From Lentisphaeria bacterium (GTDB taxonomy: Bacteria > Verrucomicrobiota > Lentisphaeria > JABSQK01 > JAWLHB01): a stretch of 64,000 nt of DNA. The stretch spans positions 62,001 to 126,000 of the forward strand of contig JAWLHB010000009.1 in NCBI GenBank assembly GCA_041690595.1. The letters run 5' to 3'. Both the position numbers and the translations under genes were made by a program. This document shows positions 42,133 to 52,709 of the stretch, piece after piece (position 1 is the first letter of the stretch; each line of letters begins with the position of its first letter). The notes beneath the pieces are model-generated. The model was not told the DNA's origin. It saw nothing but the letters and a program-made list of their open reading frames with translations, and did not search any database.

Positions 42133-45021
42133 GTGCGCTTCCAATGTTCCCATTGCGGCAGCATAGTCGCCATCGATGATTCCGAGTGCGGAAGCCCTGT
42201 CGGCTGCGGCAAGTGCGGTGGCGTCACCACGGTACCGGAGACCCGCTTCTCGCCGGGTGCCGTCATCAACGATTTCATTATCAAGCAGACCATCGGCCAC
42301 GGCGGCATGGGGCAGGTCTACCTGGCGCACCAGCAGTCCCTGGACCGTCCGGTCGCCCTCAAAGTGTTGATGGACGAATTCTCGCGCAACAGCGAGTTCA
42401 TCGTCGACTTCGTCAAGGAAGCGCGAGCTGCCGCACGGCTCAATCATCCGAACATCGTGCAGTCCTACGCGGTGGGTGAAGAAGACGGCGTCTATTTCTT
42501 TGCGATGGAGTATGTCGAAGGCGAGACGTTGACGGATATGCTGCGACGGGAGGGAGTCCTGCCGATGGAGCACGGCATCAACATCATCATGCAGATCGCC
42601 GAGGCGCTGGATTTTGCCTGGAAGAATCAACAACTGGTGCATCGGGACGTGAAGCCGGACAACATCATGCTCACCAGCCGGGGTGTCGCGAAGCTCGCGG
42701 ATCTGGGGCTGGCGCGAGCAGCCAGCGAACTTGCCGAAGAACTGCATCAGGACGAGGTCATGGGCACGCCCCAATACATCTGCCCCGAGCAGTTGCTTGG
42801 CCAGCCGATGGATACGCGCGGCGATATCTACTCCCTTGGCGCTACCTTCTACCAGACCGTGACCGGCACCTTCCCCTTCGACGGCAAGTCCGCGGCGGAG
42901 ATTGCCCGCAAGCACCTTCAGGAGCCACTCGTTCCGCCTCACGAGATCCAGCCGGATGTTCCCGAAGCCGTCAGTTACGTGATCTGCAAGATGATGTCCA
43001 AGAAGGCTGAGGATCGTTACAATGACGGGGCTCAGCTGGCCAACGACCTGAGCTTGATCCTGCGAGGCGACGTACCCCATGGCTTCACCGGCAAGAAGCC
43101 CGACAGACAGTCACTCCGGCGCGCTCCCAGGCCGCTGGCCGCCGTTCCCGTCGCCGCCGAAGAAGTCGATGAGGACGCAGAGGATGAGGACGAGGCATTC
43201 GTCGAAGAGGGCGTGGAGCAAAGCAGTGGCGGCGGCATGCGGTTGAAGAAAAAGCCCGGCAAGAAGACGAAGCTGAAGCTTGGTTCGAAAAACAAGAAGA
43301 AGCTGCGGACCGGGACCTCCACCAATCCAGCGCCACTCAGCGCCGATGTCGTGGAGGAGGATGAGGACGACGACGAAGAAGCCGTGGCGGTGGCGGAAGA
43401 CATTGAGCAAACCACCCAGGTTCCTGGCTTGGCGGGTTCAGGCCGGCGCAAGAAGCTGCCCTTGATACTTGGCGGGATCGTCGTGGCCCTGCTGCTCATC
43501 GGCGGCGCTATCGCGGGTTTTATGCACATGCGCAGAATGGCCGCCCTGCCCACGAATGCACAGGAGGCCGAAGCCTACTATTTCAACGTGGAGAGCACGA
43601 AACCGGCTGAGAAGGAAGCTTATCTGGAGCTGAAACCGTATATCGGCAAAGTCGACGAGCACGCCACGGACATCGAGACGCTGCAGCGCGTGGTCGCCGA
43701 CAGTGCCAGCTTCATCCAGAAGTTCTCCAGCAGCATCTTCCGCAAACAGGCAGACGACATTGACTACGGCGACGCCTTTGGCGAGCCCGACTTCATCGCC
43801 GAAAAGATCCGCCCGCACGCAAAAGTGCTCGCTGGCGTGATTCCTGAGACGCTGACTGCCTATGAGGAAGCACTGGTGCGGGCGCTGCGAGCCGCGCAGC
43901 ACGAGCAGGAGTTGCAGGAGATCGCCGCTCGCAAGACAAGTGCGGCAGGCAAAGCGGCCTGGGACCAGGCCCAAGCCCAGATTGAGGCGTATGTCGTCCA
44001 GCGACAGAAGGAGATGCGCGGCACGTTGAACAAGTACGCCTCCAGCCTCAAGGCTATTGAGAAACGGCTGGAGGAGGAGAAGGCGGAACTAAGGCTGGCC
44101 GTCTTCCAGCAGACGATGAATCAGAATTTTAACGAGGCGCGTGACATCGTGCAGAAGCGACAACTGGAACGACCGGGCTACCCGCCGCTGGTCGAGACAG
44201 CTGTAGCCATCCGACTTCGCGAGGATGAACGGGAGGTGGCGAAGCAGCAGCTTCGCAAGATCGCACAAACCGTCGACGCAAACGAGCGGAACCGCGTCGA
44301 TCAGGAAATGGCCCGACAGCTGAACACCTCGGAGTTGCGCACGATCCGCCAGGAAATGGAGGCTGTACCGGAACGTGAGAAGGAGCTTCTGGCGCTTCGC
44401 GAGAGCTGGCTGAAAGAGCTGGATGCCACTCTGGAGCTAGCCGAACGCTACCATGGCCTGGTAGCCGGAAGCGGAGACAAGCTCAAAGGTGAACGCATCA
44501 AGGTGGATATTCCGCACAGACCAAGCCAGGAACTGCGCATCGGCGTCATCACCAGCTCGATCATTGTGGTCAACATCGTCGAGTATGGCACCAATAATCA
44601 GTACGTCACCAAGGGCACCAAAGAATGGCCCATAGCCAACCTGCCCATTCGCGAATACATGGAGCTTGCCAAGAAATCATGGGGCCCCCAGGATCCGAAC
44701 GAGTACAATCTGCTGCTGGGCAGCTACCTTTTCTACACGCTCTATCTTAAGGAAGCTCAGACGCTTCTTGAAAATTCCGATTCCAACCTTGCCGCCTTCA
44801 TGATCGACCAGCTCGAACCGGTAAAGAACATCCAGTTGACACTGCGGATGAATCAGTTCGTGCAGAACGTGAAGCGCCTGGTCGACGAAGGACAGGTGGC
44901 GGCCGCCAGGAAGTATCTGCAAGCACTCGAGCAGCGCTATGGCGAGACCCCAGAGTTCCAACAGCGGGCGGAGGAATTGAGAACGCTTACCGGGACCACG
45001 GAAGAACCGGTCGCCGAGTAA
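42133..45021 (+). CDS. Membrane Ser/Thr protein kinase (Hanks type) with N-terminal zinc ribbon
   Basis: CSHC...CGKC; IGHGGMGQVY, VALK, HRDVKPDN, DLG, GTPQY; one TM (LILGGIVVALLLIGGAIAGF); helical C-terminal region. Confidence 0.93.
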   Translation: MRFQCSHCGSIVAIDDSECGSPVGCGKCGGVTTVPETRFSPGAVINDFIIKQTIGHGGMGQVYLAHQQSLDRPVALKVLMDEFSRNSEFIVDFVKEARAAARLNHPNIVQSYAVGEEDGVYFFAMEYVEGETLTDMLRREGVLPMEHGINIIMQIAEALDFAWKNQQLVHRDVKPDNIMLTSRGVAKLADLGLARAASELAEELHQDEVMGTPQYICPEQLLGQPMDTRGDIYSLGATFYQTVTGTFPFDGKSAAEIARKHLQEPLVPPHEIQPDVPEAVSYVICKMMSKKAEDRYNDGAQLANDLSLILRGDVPHGFTGKKPDRQSLRRAPRPLAAVPVAAEEVDEDAEDEDEAFVEEGVEQSSGGGMRLKKKPGKKTKLKLGSKNKKKLRTGTSTNPAPLSADVVEEDEDDDEEAVAVAEDIEQTTQVPGLAGSGRRKKLPLILGGIVVALLLIGGAIAGFMHMRRMAALPTNAQEAEAYYFNVESTKPAEKEAYLELKPYIGKVDEHATDIETLQRVVADSASFIQKFSSSIFRKQADDIDYGDAFGEPDFIAEKIRPHAKVLAGVIPETLTAYEEALVRALRAAQHEQELQEIAARKTSAAGKAAWDQAQAQIEAYVVQRQKEMRGTLNKYASSLKAIEKRLEEEKAELRLAVFQQTMNQNFNEARDIVQKRQLERPGYPPLVETAVAIRLREDEREVAKQQLRKIAQTVDANERNRVDQEMARQLNTSELRTIRQEMEAVPEREKELLALRESWLKELDATLELAERYHGLVAGSGDKLKGERIKVDIPHRPSQELRIGVITSSIIVVNIVEYGTNNQYVTKGTKEWPIANLPIREYMELAKKSWGPQDPNEYNLLLGSYLFYTLYLKEAQTLLENSDSNLAAFMIDQLEPVKNIQLTLRMNQFVQNVKRLVDEGQVAAARKYLQALEQRYGETPEFQQRAEELRTLTGTTEEPVAE

Positions 45022-45031
45022 GCGAGCTATC

Positions 45032-45880
45032 ATGCGTATCATTCACTTTTCCGATATTCACGCGCGCGCTCGCCTGGAGACCGTTGGCCACCTTTTCGAC
45101 AAACGGCTGCTGGGCTTCTTCAATTACCTGCTGCGTCGCCACCTCCATCAGGACTGGCGCCGGATCAAGTGGATGGCCGAGCAGATCGCTCACTGGGAAC
45201 CGGATGTCGTCGTCTGCACAGGCGACATCACCTCTCTGGGCGGACCGAAGGAATTCGAGATGGCTCGCCAGGCACTCGCCCCCCTCCGCGACAATCCCGC
45301 CATCGATTTCCTCTACGTACCGGGAAATCACGATGCCTACGTGCAATGCCGCCGATCCAACAAGGCCCTGAACCATGCCTTCAGTGACCTCAATCGCGGA
45401 CGGTGGGAGCTGAACCAACTCCCCATCATCCACAGCCATGATGCGATGCGTTTCCTGCTCATCAACCAGGCGGCACCCGCACCGCTGCTCGCCTCCTACG
45501 GCGCTCTCGATATGGCAACCCGCAACTGGCTCGACGCTCACATGGGCGAGATTGTCGGCGACCATCTGCCTCCCCTTGCCCTGATCAGTCACTTCCCCCT
45601 CTTGGACGCCGCGGGCAACGCCCTCTCCTGGCGCCGTGCCTGCCGCCACAACGAGCCCCTGCGCGACGCCTTGCGGGACGGTCACATCCGACTGGCTCTC
45701 TGCGGTCACATCCATACTCCATTTGCCAGGCAGGAACCCGACGGCGGGCTCGAAGTCTGTGCCGGATCCCTCACCCATACCGGCATCTTCAGCGTTGTCG
45801 ATTACTCCCCGGAGAACGATACCCTGGCGCAACAGTGGATCGAGTTGAAGTCCCCTGCTGACCCCGTTCCTGACGGATAG
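45032..45880 (+). CDS. Calcineurin-like metallophosphoesterase
   Basis: FSDIH, TGDIT, PGNHD, SHFP, CGHIH. Confidence 0.9.
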   Translation: MRIIHFSDIHARARLETVGHLFDKRLLGFFNYLLRRHLHQDWRRIKWMAEQIAHWEPDVVVCTGDITSLGGPKEFEMARQALAPLRDNPAIDFLYVPGNHDAYVQCRRSNKALNHAFSDLNRGRWELNQLPIIHSHDAMRFLLINQAAPAPLLASYGALDMATRNWLDAHMGEIVGDHLPPLALISHFPLLDAAGNALSWRRACRHNEPLRDALRDGHIRLALCGHIHTPFARQEPDGGLEVCAGSLTHTGIFSVVDYSPENDTLAQQWIELKSPADPVPDG

Positions 45881-45886
45881 TCGTAA

Positions 45887-45992
45887 AACCTGATTAGGTT
45901 CTAAGGTATTAAGCAAAAAAATGCTCGATGAGCATTGCCATTCACCATGAATCGGCTTACCTTACCTCTTTATTCAGCTGCACGTTTGTGCA
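45887..45992 (+). promoter_or_regulatory. AT-rich promoter region of the prenyl synthase/oxidase operon with palindromes
   Basis: TTGCCA-N17-TACCTT (45935-45963); palindromes aacct-gatt-aggtt, aatgctc-gat-gagcatt, tgcac-gttt-gtgca. Confidence 0.4.
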
Positions 45993-46035
45993 TGTTGCCA
46001 CGGTTGACAGAGGCCCGAAGTTGGTAGAGCAGCGT

Positions 46036-46926
46036 ATGACGGACACCACACGACAACTGACGACAGCGGAATTTCTGGAGCGCACGTTGAGCTGCATACG
46101 CAGCGTCTTCGATCCTGTACTGGAAGCCATTGGCGAAGCTGAGCAGAAGAAGGTGAAGGCAATCCGCGACTGCCTGCAACCGGGCAAAATGCTTCGGACG
46201 CGCCTGGCGCTGGCGCTGCTGCCAAAGCCGCCGGCGGACCTTGATCCGATCATTCGCGTCTGTGCCGCTACCGAGCTCATCCACACGGCTACCCTGTTCC
46301 ATGATGACGTGATCGATGGGGCCAGCCTGCGCCGCGGTCAGCCGCCGCTGTGGGAGCAGGTCGGCGCTACCGGCGCGATCCTCATGGGCGACCTCTTCTT
46401 CAGCGCCGCGCTCGATATGTTGCTGCAGAGCGACGACCTCTACCACGGGCGCTCATTCGTCCGCAAGGTACGTGAAGTCTGCACCACCGAGGCGAGCCAT
46501 GAACTCGTTCTGCGCGGCAAGATGGTGGATGTGGCAACGAGCATCCGGATAGCCCGCGGCAAGACAGGCGCCCTCTTCGCCTTTGCCGCCGAAGCCTGCG
46601 GCGACACACCGGAAAAGCGAGCCGCCCTCGAAGAAGCGGGTTATCTGGTCGGGACAGCCTATCAACTGGCGGATGATCTGATCGACGAGGCGGGCGATGA
46701 GCGCGTGGTCGGCAAGACCCTCGGCACCGACCGCAAGCGCCGAAAGTACACTTTGATGCAGGCCCCGGGCGCCACCGAGCAAGGCGTTCTGCAGCAGATC
46801 CAGGCTCTCTGCGAACAGGCGGTAGCCCAACTGCACGAATGGCCGGAGCTGGCCCAAAGCCTCACCACCTATATCAACGATTTTCTGTCAGCACCCAAGA
46901 AACTACATTTTGCAAAAGTGAGTTAA
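46036..46926 (+). CDS. Polyprenyl diphosphate synthase (trans-prenyltransferase)
   Basis: GKMLR, ELIHTATLFHDDVIDGASLRRG (FARM), AILMGD, GKTG, YQLADDLID (SARM), GKTLGTD. Confidence 0.92.
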   Translation: MTDTTRQLTTAEFLERTLSCIRSVFDPVLEAIGEAEQKKVKAIRDCLQPGKMLRTRLALALLPKPPADLDPIIRVCAATELIHTATLFHDDVIDGASLRRGQPPLWEQVGATGAILMGDLFFSAALDMLLQSDDLYHGRSFVRKVREVCTTEASHELVLRGKMVDVATSIRIARGKTGALFAFAAEACGDTPEKRAALEEAGYLVGTAYQLADDLIDEAGDERVVGKTLGTDRKRRKYTLMQAPGATEQGVLQQIQALCEQAVAQLHEWPELAQSLTTYINDFLSAPKKLHFAKVS

Positions 46927-46935
46927 GTACGCCTA

Positions 46936-48138
46936 ATGAAACTCGACGAGACGACCTATCGCCTTTCGGGCACGGAGAAAGTAGCAAAGGGACTGTTGAT
47001 CGGGGGAGTACTGTTCCTGGTGATCAGCCTTATCGGTTTACTCAAGCCGCAGCCGCAACAATTCTACTTTTCCCTGCTGACCAGCTGGATCTTCTGGATG
47101 ACCATTGGCTTTGGTGGCCTCTTCTTTGTCATGCTGCACCACCTCGTGGGGGCGACGTGGAGCATCGTGCTGCGCCGCATCGTGGAGACCGTCATGGTCG
47201 TGCTGCCGGTCATGTTTGTCTTCGCGCTGTTGATTGTGCTACCCTTCACGGGGCTGCAGCAGCTCTACGAATGGGCGCGAGAAATCGCCTCGGGACAAAG
47301 CCTGACTCACCTGCTGGAGGTAAAATCGGGGTGGTGGCTCAATGGCCCCTTCTTCATGCTGCGTACTCTCTTTTACTTCGCCATTCTCTTTCTGCTCACC
47401 CGGATCCTCTATCGTACATCCCTCAAGCAGGACGCTGGCCATACCGACAGGATATCGAGCGTCCTGAAGCTGACGAGCGGCCCGGGAATGGTGCTCTTCG
47501 CCCTGGTCATCACCTTTTCTTCGTTCGACTGGATCATGTCCCTCGACTACAAGTGGTACTCGACCATCTTCGGCGTCTACGTCTTCTCCGGTTCCGTCGT
47601 GGCCATCCTCAGCTTCACGACGCTGGTGGCGCTCTTTCTGCGTTCCCGCGGCTTTCTGAAGGAGAGCATCACCGTAGAGCACTATCACGATCTGGGCAAG
47701 CTCATCTTCGCCTTTCTGGTCTTTTGGGCCTACATAGCCTTTTCCCAGTTCTTCCTCATCTGGTACGGCAACATTCCCGAGGAGACGGACTTCTACATCA
47801 AGCGCTTCGCGGGCAACTGGGGCACCATGGGTGTTGTGATCCTCTTCGGCCATTTCTTTCTCCCCTTCTTCCTCCTGCTCAGTCGGGTACCGAAGCGCAA
47901 TCCGCGCATTCTGGGCATCATGGCCGTATGGATGCTCTTCATGCACTGGATCGATCTGCATTGGCTGATCATGCCCAATCTTCATGAGCAACTGGCCCTC
48001 TCGTGGCTCGACTTGACCACCTTCCTTGGCGTCGGCGGCATCTTCCTCTGGCTCTTCCTCAGCCGCCTGAGCAGCCAGCCGCTCATCCCGGTCAAGGATC
48101 CGCAGTTGCAGGATTCCGTTCAGTTTACCAACACCTAA
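46936..48138 (+). CDS. actF: Alternative complex III subunit ActF-like membrane protein
   Basis: About 10 TM; FDWIMSLDYKWYSTIFG and HDLGKLIFAFLVFWAYIAFSQFFLIWYGNIPEET. Confidence 0.8.
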   Translation: MKLDETTYRLSGTEKVAKGLLIGGVLFLVISLIGLLKPQPQQFYFSLLTSWIFWMTIGFGGLFFVMLHHLVGATWSIVLRRIVETVMVVLPVMFVFALLIVLPFTGLQQLYEWAREIASGQSLTHLLEVKSGWWLNGPFFMLRTLFYFAILFLLTRILYRTSLKQDAGHTDRISSVLKLTSGPGMVLFALVITFSSFDWIMSLDYKWYSTIFGVYVFSGSVVAILSFTTLVALFLRSRGFLKESITVEHYHDLGKLIFAFLVFWAYIAFSQFFLIWYGNIPEETDFYIKRFAGNWGTMGVVILFGHFFLPFFLLLSRVPKRNPRILGIMAVWMLFMHWIDLHWLIMPNLHEQLALSWLDLTTFLGVGGIFLWLFLSRLSSQPLIPVKDPQLQDSVQFTNT

Positions 48139-48161
48139 CCCTAATCGAACTCCTCACGCTT

Positions 48162-48515
48162 ATGACAATCCCCGCCAAAACACCGCCACCTATAGAACTG
48201 GAAGAGACAGGCGACGGTTACGAGAAGCGCGACGTTAACCTCAGGATGGTCGTCGTCCTTTCGGTTGCTTCCGCCCTGCTGGTGATCGGCTTCAGCCTCA
48301 TCCTCAACGAATACTTCCTGATCACCAAGAACAAGATCTACGAAGAGCAGGTGCTGGCGAAGGAGTCACCGCGGCTGATCGAGTATCAGCGCGAGACGGA
48401 GGCTCTGCTGAACAGTTTCGGGGAGATAGAGGGGAAGGAAGGGACGTTTCGAATTCCGGTCGAAAGCGCCATGGAACTGCTGGTCAAGCAAGCCCAGGCC
48501 AAATCCGCTGACTGA
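48162..48515 (+). CDS. Small single-TM protein, ActG-like
   Basis: GYEKRDVN, one TM, FRIPVESAMELL; position between actF and SCO. Confidence 0.6.
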   Translation: MTIPAKTPPPIELEETGDGYEKRDVNLRMVVVLSVASALLVIGFSLILNEYFLITKNKIYEEQVLAKESPRLIEYQRETEALLNSFGEIEGKEGTFRIPVESAMELLVKQAQAKSAD

Positions 48516-48560
48516 GCTGACGATCGCCAGTCTGCACCACCTCCATCCATCATTTTCCCT

Positions 48561-49439
48561 ATGACACTCAAACCGCGGCATTTCCGGCGACGGATGTGGC
48601 GAGCCTTCGCCCTCCCCTGCTTCGTTGTCTACTCAACCGTGCTCTTCGCACAGTTGATCGACAACCAGGCTGACGACATCTATGATCAGACCGGCATCAG
48701 TGAGAAGTTCGGTCAGCAACTGCCGCTCGACCTCACCTTCACGGCTGAAGATGGGCAGCCGGTGCAGTTGAAGAGCCTTTTTCACCAGAATCGGCCGGTC
48801 ATTCTGGTGCTGGCCTATTATGAGTGCCCGATGCTCTGCACGCTGGTACTGAATGGGCTTCAGGAGGCTCTGCCGAAGGTCGATCTGGAGCCAGGTGTCG
48901 ACTACGACATCATCACGGTCAGCATCGATCATGAGGAAACGGCGGAGATGGCCGCGGCCAAGCGGGACCGCTACCTGGCGACATTGGGCAAGGAAGCGCC
49001 CCCAGATGCCTGGCGTTTTCTCGTCGGTGAAAAGGAGGCGATACGGGAGTTGGCCGATTCCGTGGGCTTTCGCTTCACCTACGATGCTGAAAACGATCAA
49101 TATGCGCACGCGGCAGTCCTGCATCTGGTGACGCCGGGGGGACGGCTCTCCCGTTACCTCTACGGCATCAAGTTCGATCCCCGGGACATACGGCTCGGAC
49201 TGCTGGAAGCATCGCAGGGGGAGATTGGCAGCTTCGTCGATCGCATCCTGCTTTACTGCTATCATTACGATCCCAAAGACAAGGGCTATCGCCTCATGGC
49301 GGAGAACATCATGCGGCTGGGCGGCGCAGTGACCCTGCTGGTACTGGGGAGCTTTCTCGGCGTACTCTGGTATCGGGAAAAGCATCGCCCCGACGATAGT
49401 GCCACCACGGAACGGCATCAGGATTCCACCACCGACTAA
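48561..49439 (+). CDS. SCO1/SenC copper chaperone
   Basis: YYECPMLC, VSID, YAH, SRYLYG, C-terminal TM. Confidence 0.9.
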   Translation: MTLKPRHFRRRMWRAFALPCFVVYSTVLFAQLIDNQADDIYDQTGISEKFGQQLPLDLTFTAEDGQPVQLKSLFHQNRPVILVLAYYECPMLCTLVLNGLQEALPKVDLEPGVDYDIITVSIDHEETAEMAAAKRDRYLATLGKEAPPDAWRFLVGEKEAIRELADSVGFRFTYDAENDQYAHAAVLHLVTPGGRLSRYLYGIKFDPRDIRLGLLEASQGEIGSFVDRILLYCYHYDPKDKGYRLMAENIMRLGGAVTLLVLGSFLGVLWYREKHRPDDSATTERHQDSTTD

Positions 49440-49462
49440 GCGCAGGGTAGTAGACAAAGACT

Positions 49463-50380
49463 ATGCTCAACCTACTGGGTATGCAGATTCTCGGGGCTGT
49501 TTCCCCGACCACCAAGATGGTCGACGATCTCTTCTGGTTCGTCTTCATCGTATCGGCTTTCTTCTTCGCCATCGTCACCGGCGGCATCATCATTCTGGTG
49601 GCGCTCTACCGCCGCCGGGGCAAGCCGGGTCTCACCAGCGGCGCATCGCACAATACCGCCTTGGAGATCGTCTGGTCGATCCTGCCCGTCATACTCGTGG
49701 TGATCATCTTCTTCTGGGGATTCCAGGTCTTCATGCGGCTCTCGATCTCGCCTGGCGACTCGATGGAGATCCGGGTCACTGCCCGCAAGTGGAACTGGCT
49801 CTTCAAGTATCCTGACGGTTCACGCAGCGGCCAGCTGGTGGTGCCGGTGGAGCAACCTGTGCGCCTTGTCATGTCCTCGGAGGACGTTATCCATTCGCTC
49901 TTCATCCCCGACTTCAGGGTCAAGATGGATGTCCTGCCCAACCGGTACACGACCCTCTGGTTCCAGGCGGACAAGGCCGGCGAGTACGATCTTCTCTGCA
50001 CCGAGTTCTGCGGCGACGGACATTCCCGAATGTATACCAAGGTCATTGCACTGCCCAAGGATGAATTCGAGAAGTGGCAGACCGAAAATCAGGGGACCGC
50101 ATCGGGTCCGGATCTCTTCGTCATGTACGGCTGCGCGACATGCCATTCCCTCGACGGCAAACCCGGGATCGGTCCCACCATGAAGGGACTGCACGGCAAG
50201 ACGGAGACACTGGCGGACGGCACCACCGTTGAAGTGGACGACAATTATCTTCGCGAATCGATCCTCGAGCCGCAGGCCAAGATTGTACGGGGCTATCAGC
50301 CCGTGATGCCCGCGCAGCCGGACATCACCAGCGACGAACTGGACGCCCTGATCGACTTCATCAAATCGCAGCAGGAGTAA
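49463..50380 (+). CDS. coxB: Cytochrome c oxidase subunit II with fused cytochrome c (caa3 type)
   Basis: LEIVWS, DVIHS, CTEFCGDGHSRM (CuA), CATCH, MP. Confidence 0.95.
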   Translation: MLNLLGMQILGAVSPTTKMVDDLFWFVFIVSAFFFAIVTGGIIILVALYRRRGKPGLTSGASHNTALEIVWSILPVILVVIIFFWGFQVFMRLSISPGDSMEIRVTARKWNWLFKYPDGSRSGQLVVPVEQPVRLVMSSEDVIHSLFIPDFRVKMDVLPNRYTTLWFQADKAGEYDLLCTEFCGDGHSRMYTKVIALPKDEFEKWQTENQGTASGPDLFVMYGCATCHSLDGKPGIGPTMKGLHGKTETLADGTTVEVDDNYLRESILEPQAKIVRGYQPVMPAQPDITSDELDALIDFIKSQQE

Positions 50381-50386
50381 GAGAGA

Positions 50387-52009
50387 ATGGAAGCGGCACC
50401 GCGGTTGAATTACATAACGCAGCGCAAGGGAATCCTTTCGTGGCTGTTCACGCTCGATCACAAGCGGATCGCGCTGATGTATCTCTTCATGATCATGATC
50501 TTCTTCCTGGCGGGCGGCCTCTATGCGTTGCTGCTGCGCCTGGAACTGTGGGCGCCAGGTGAGCAATTCATCGGCCAGCGCGCCTACAACCAGGCCTTCA
50601 CCATGCACGGCGCCATCATGATCTTTCTGTTCATCATTCCTTCCATTCCGGCGGTCCTCGGCAATTTCCTGCTGCCGATCATGCTGGGGACAAAGGATGT
50701 GGCCTTTCCGCGGCTCAACCTGGCAAGCTGGTACGTCTACATGTTCGGCGCGATCTTCTGTCTCTGGTCTCTGGTGCAGGGCGGCGCCGACACCGGTTGG
50801 ACCTTCTATACCCCCTATTCCACGCAGCACAGCGAGACGCCCGTCATCTCGATCACCTTCGGCGCCTTCATCCTGGGCTTCTCCTCCATCTTCACTGGCC
50901 TCAACTTCATCGTCACCATTCACAAGATGCGGGCGCCGGGCATGACCTGGTTCAAGATGCCCCTCTTCTGCTGGGGCATGTACGCGACGGCACTGATTCA
51001 GATCCTCGCGACGCCGGTGCTGGGCATCACGCTCATGCTGCTGATCCTGGAGAAGCTGGGGATCATCGTCGTCTTCGATCCCACCCGCGGAGGGGATCCC
51101 GTCCTCTTCCAGCACTTCTTCTGGTTCTATTCTCATCCGGCTGTCTACATCATGATCCTGCCGGGTATGGCGATCATCAGCGAGCTGATCGCGGTTCATG
51201 CGCACAAGAAGATCTTCGGGTACAAGTTGATCGCCTTTTCGTCAGTGGCGATCGCCCTCCTGGGTTTCCTGGTGTGGGGCCACCACATGTTCGTGAGTGG
51301 ACAGTCGCCCTACGCGGCCATGGTCTTCTCCTTCCTCTCCTTCTACATCGGCGTACCATCCGGCATCAAGGTCTTCAACTGGATGGCGACCCTTTACAAG
51401 GGGTCGATCTCACTCACCGTGCCGATGCTCTACGCCCTGGCTTTCCTCATTCTCTTCACCATCGGCGGCCTGACAGGCATCTTCCTGGGCGCCCTCGGCA
51501 TCGACGTGCAGATGCATGACACCTATTTCGTCGTGGCTCACTTCCACTACGTCATGATGGGAGGAACGGTTTTTGCCTTCTTCGGGGGCATCCATCACTG
51601 GTGGCCGAAGATGTTTGGCAGGCTCTACAACCGGACGGCCGCTACCTTTGCCTTCGTCCTCCTCTTTGTCGGCTTCAATCTGACCTTCTTCACCCAGTTC
51701 ATCATGGGAGCCAAGGGGATGCCGCGGCGATATTGGGATTACTCCGATTTCCTGAACGAAAAAACCTACCATATGTACCATGGCTTCTCGTCGATCGGCG
51801 CGATGATCCTGGGTCTGGGCTTCTTCGTGATGGGTATCTACCTGGTGCATTCGCTATTCCGCGGGCAACGCTGCGGCTCCAATCCATGGGGCGGCCTTTC
51901 ACTGGAGTGGGCGACGACATCACCGCCACCCACCGAGAATTTCGAGCATCCGCCGCGCCTGACACATGGGCCGTACGACTATGACAAAGTATTGCCGGAA
52001 AATATCTGA
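50387..52009 (+). CDS. coxA: Cytochrome c oxidase subunit I (A2-type)
   Basis: [48 protein letters not shown]. Confidence 0.97.
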   Translation: MEAAPRLNYITQRKGILSWLFTLDHKRIALMYLFMIMIFFLAGGLYALLLRLELWAPGEQFIGQRAYNQAFTMHGAIMIFLFIIPSIPAVLGNFLLPIMLGTKDVAFPRLNLASWYVYMFGAIFCLWSLVQGGADTGWTFYTPYSTQHSETPVISITFGAFILGFSSIFTGLNFIVTIHKMRAPGMTWFKMPLFCWGMYATALIQILATPVLGITLMLLILEKLGIIVVFDPTRGGDPVLFQHFFWFYSHPAVYIMILPGMAIISELIAVHAHKKIFGYKLIAFSSVAIALLGFLVWGHHMFVSGQSPYAAMVFSFLSFYIGVPSGIKVFNWMATLYKGSISLTVPMLYALAFLILFTIGGLTGIFLGALGIDVQMHDTYFVVAHFHYVMMGGTVFAFFGGIHHWWPKMFGRLYNRTAATFAFVLLFVGFNLTFFTQFIMGAKGMPRRYWDYSDFLNEKTYHMYHGFSSIGAMILGLGFFVMGIYLVHSLFRGQRCGSNPWGGLSLEWATTSPPPTENFEHPPRLTHGPYDYDKVLPENI

Positions 52010-52012
52010 TCT

Positions 52013-52693
52013 ATGAGCAGCAAGACGGATTCTACAGTAGTACATGCAGATCGCCATGAGGAGCATAATCCCAACCTGGCGCATCACTTCTTCACCATGG
52101 AACAGCAGCACGAGTCCCTCAAGCTGGGCGTCTGGCTCTTTCTGGTGACCGAGATCCTCCTCTTTGGCGGCCTCTTCTGCGTTTACGCCGTCTATCGAAA
52201 CTGGCATCCGGACATGTTCATCGCGGCGCACAAGTTTCTCGACGTGAAGATGGGCGCCATCAATACGCTGGTTCTTATCGGCAGCTCCGTCACGATGGCA
52301 CTTGCCATTCGATCCCTGCAGAAGAACCGTCCCGACCAAACTGTGCTGCTGCTGATCGTCACCATCCTCTGCGCCTTTGTCTTCCTCGTCATCAAGTATT
52401 TCGAATACAGCCACAAGATTCACCTGGGGCTGCTGCCCGGCAAGTTCTTCAGCAATACCGAAGTCATGGGAAGCAATCCGCAGCTCTTCTTCAGCGCCTA
52501 CTTTGCCATGACCGGACTGCACGGACTGCATATCATCATCGGTATGGGCTTCCTCTCCTTCCTGCTCTATCAGACCATGAACGGCAAGTATTCCAGCGAG
52601 TATTACAGCCCCGTCGAGATGGGCGGCCTTTACTGGCATCTGGTCGACCTTATCTGGATCTACCTCTTTCCACTGCTCTACCTAATCGGCTGA
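52013..52693 (+). CDS. coxC: Cytochrome c oxidase subunit III
   Basis: GVWLFLVTEILLFGGLF, NTLVLIGSS, TGLHGLH, LYWHLVDLIW. Confidence 0.95.
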   Translation: MSSKTDSTVVHADRHEEHNPNLAHHFFTMEQQHESLKLGVWLFLVTEILLFGGLFCVYAVYRNWHPDMFIAAHKFLDVKMGAINTLVLIGSSVTMALAIRSLQKNRPDQTVLLLIVTILCAFVFLVIKYFEYSHKIHLGLLPGKFFSNTEVMGSNPQLFFSAYFAMTGLHGLHIIIGMGFLSFLLYQTMNGKYSSEYYSPVEMGGLYWHLVDLIWIYLFPLLYLIG

Positions 52694-52709
52694 ACGAAGG
52701 CTTTCTACG

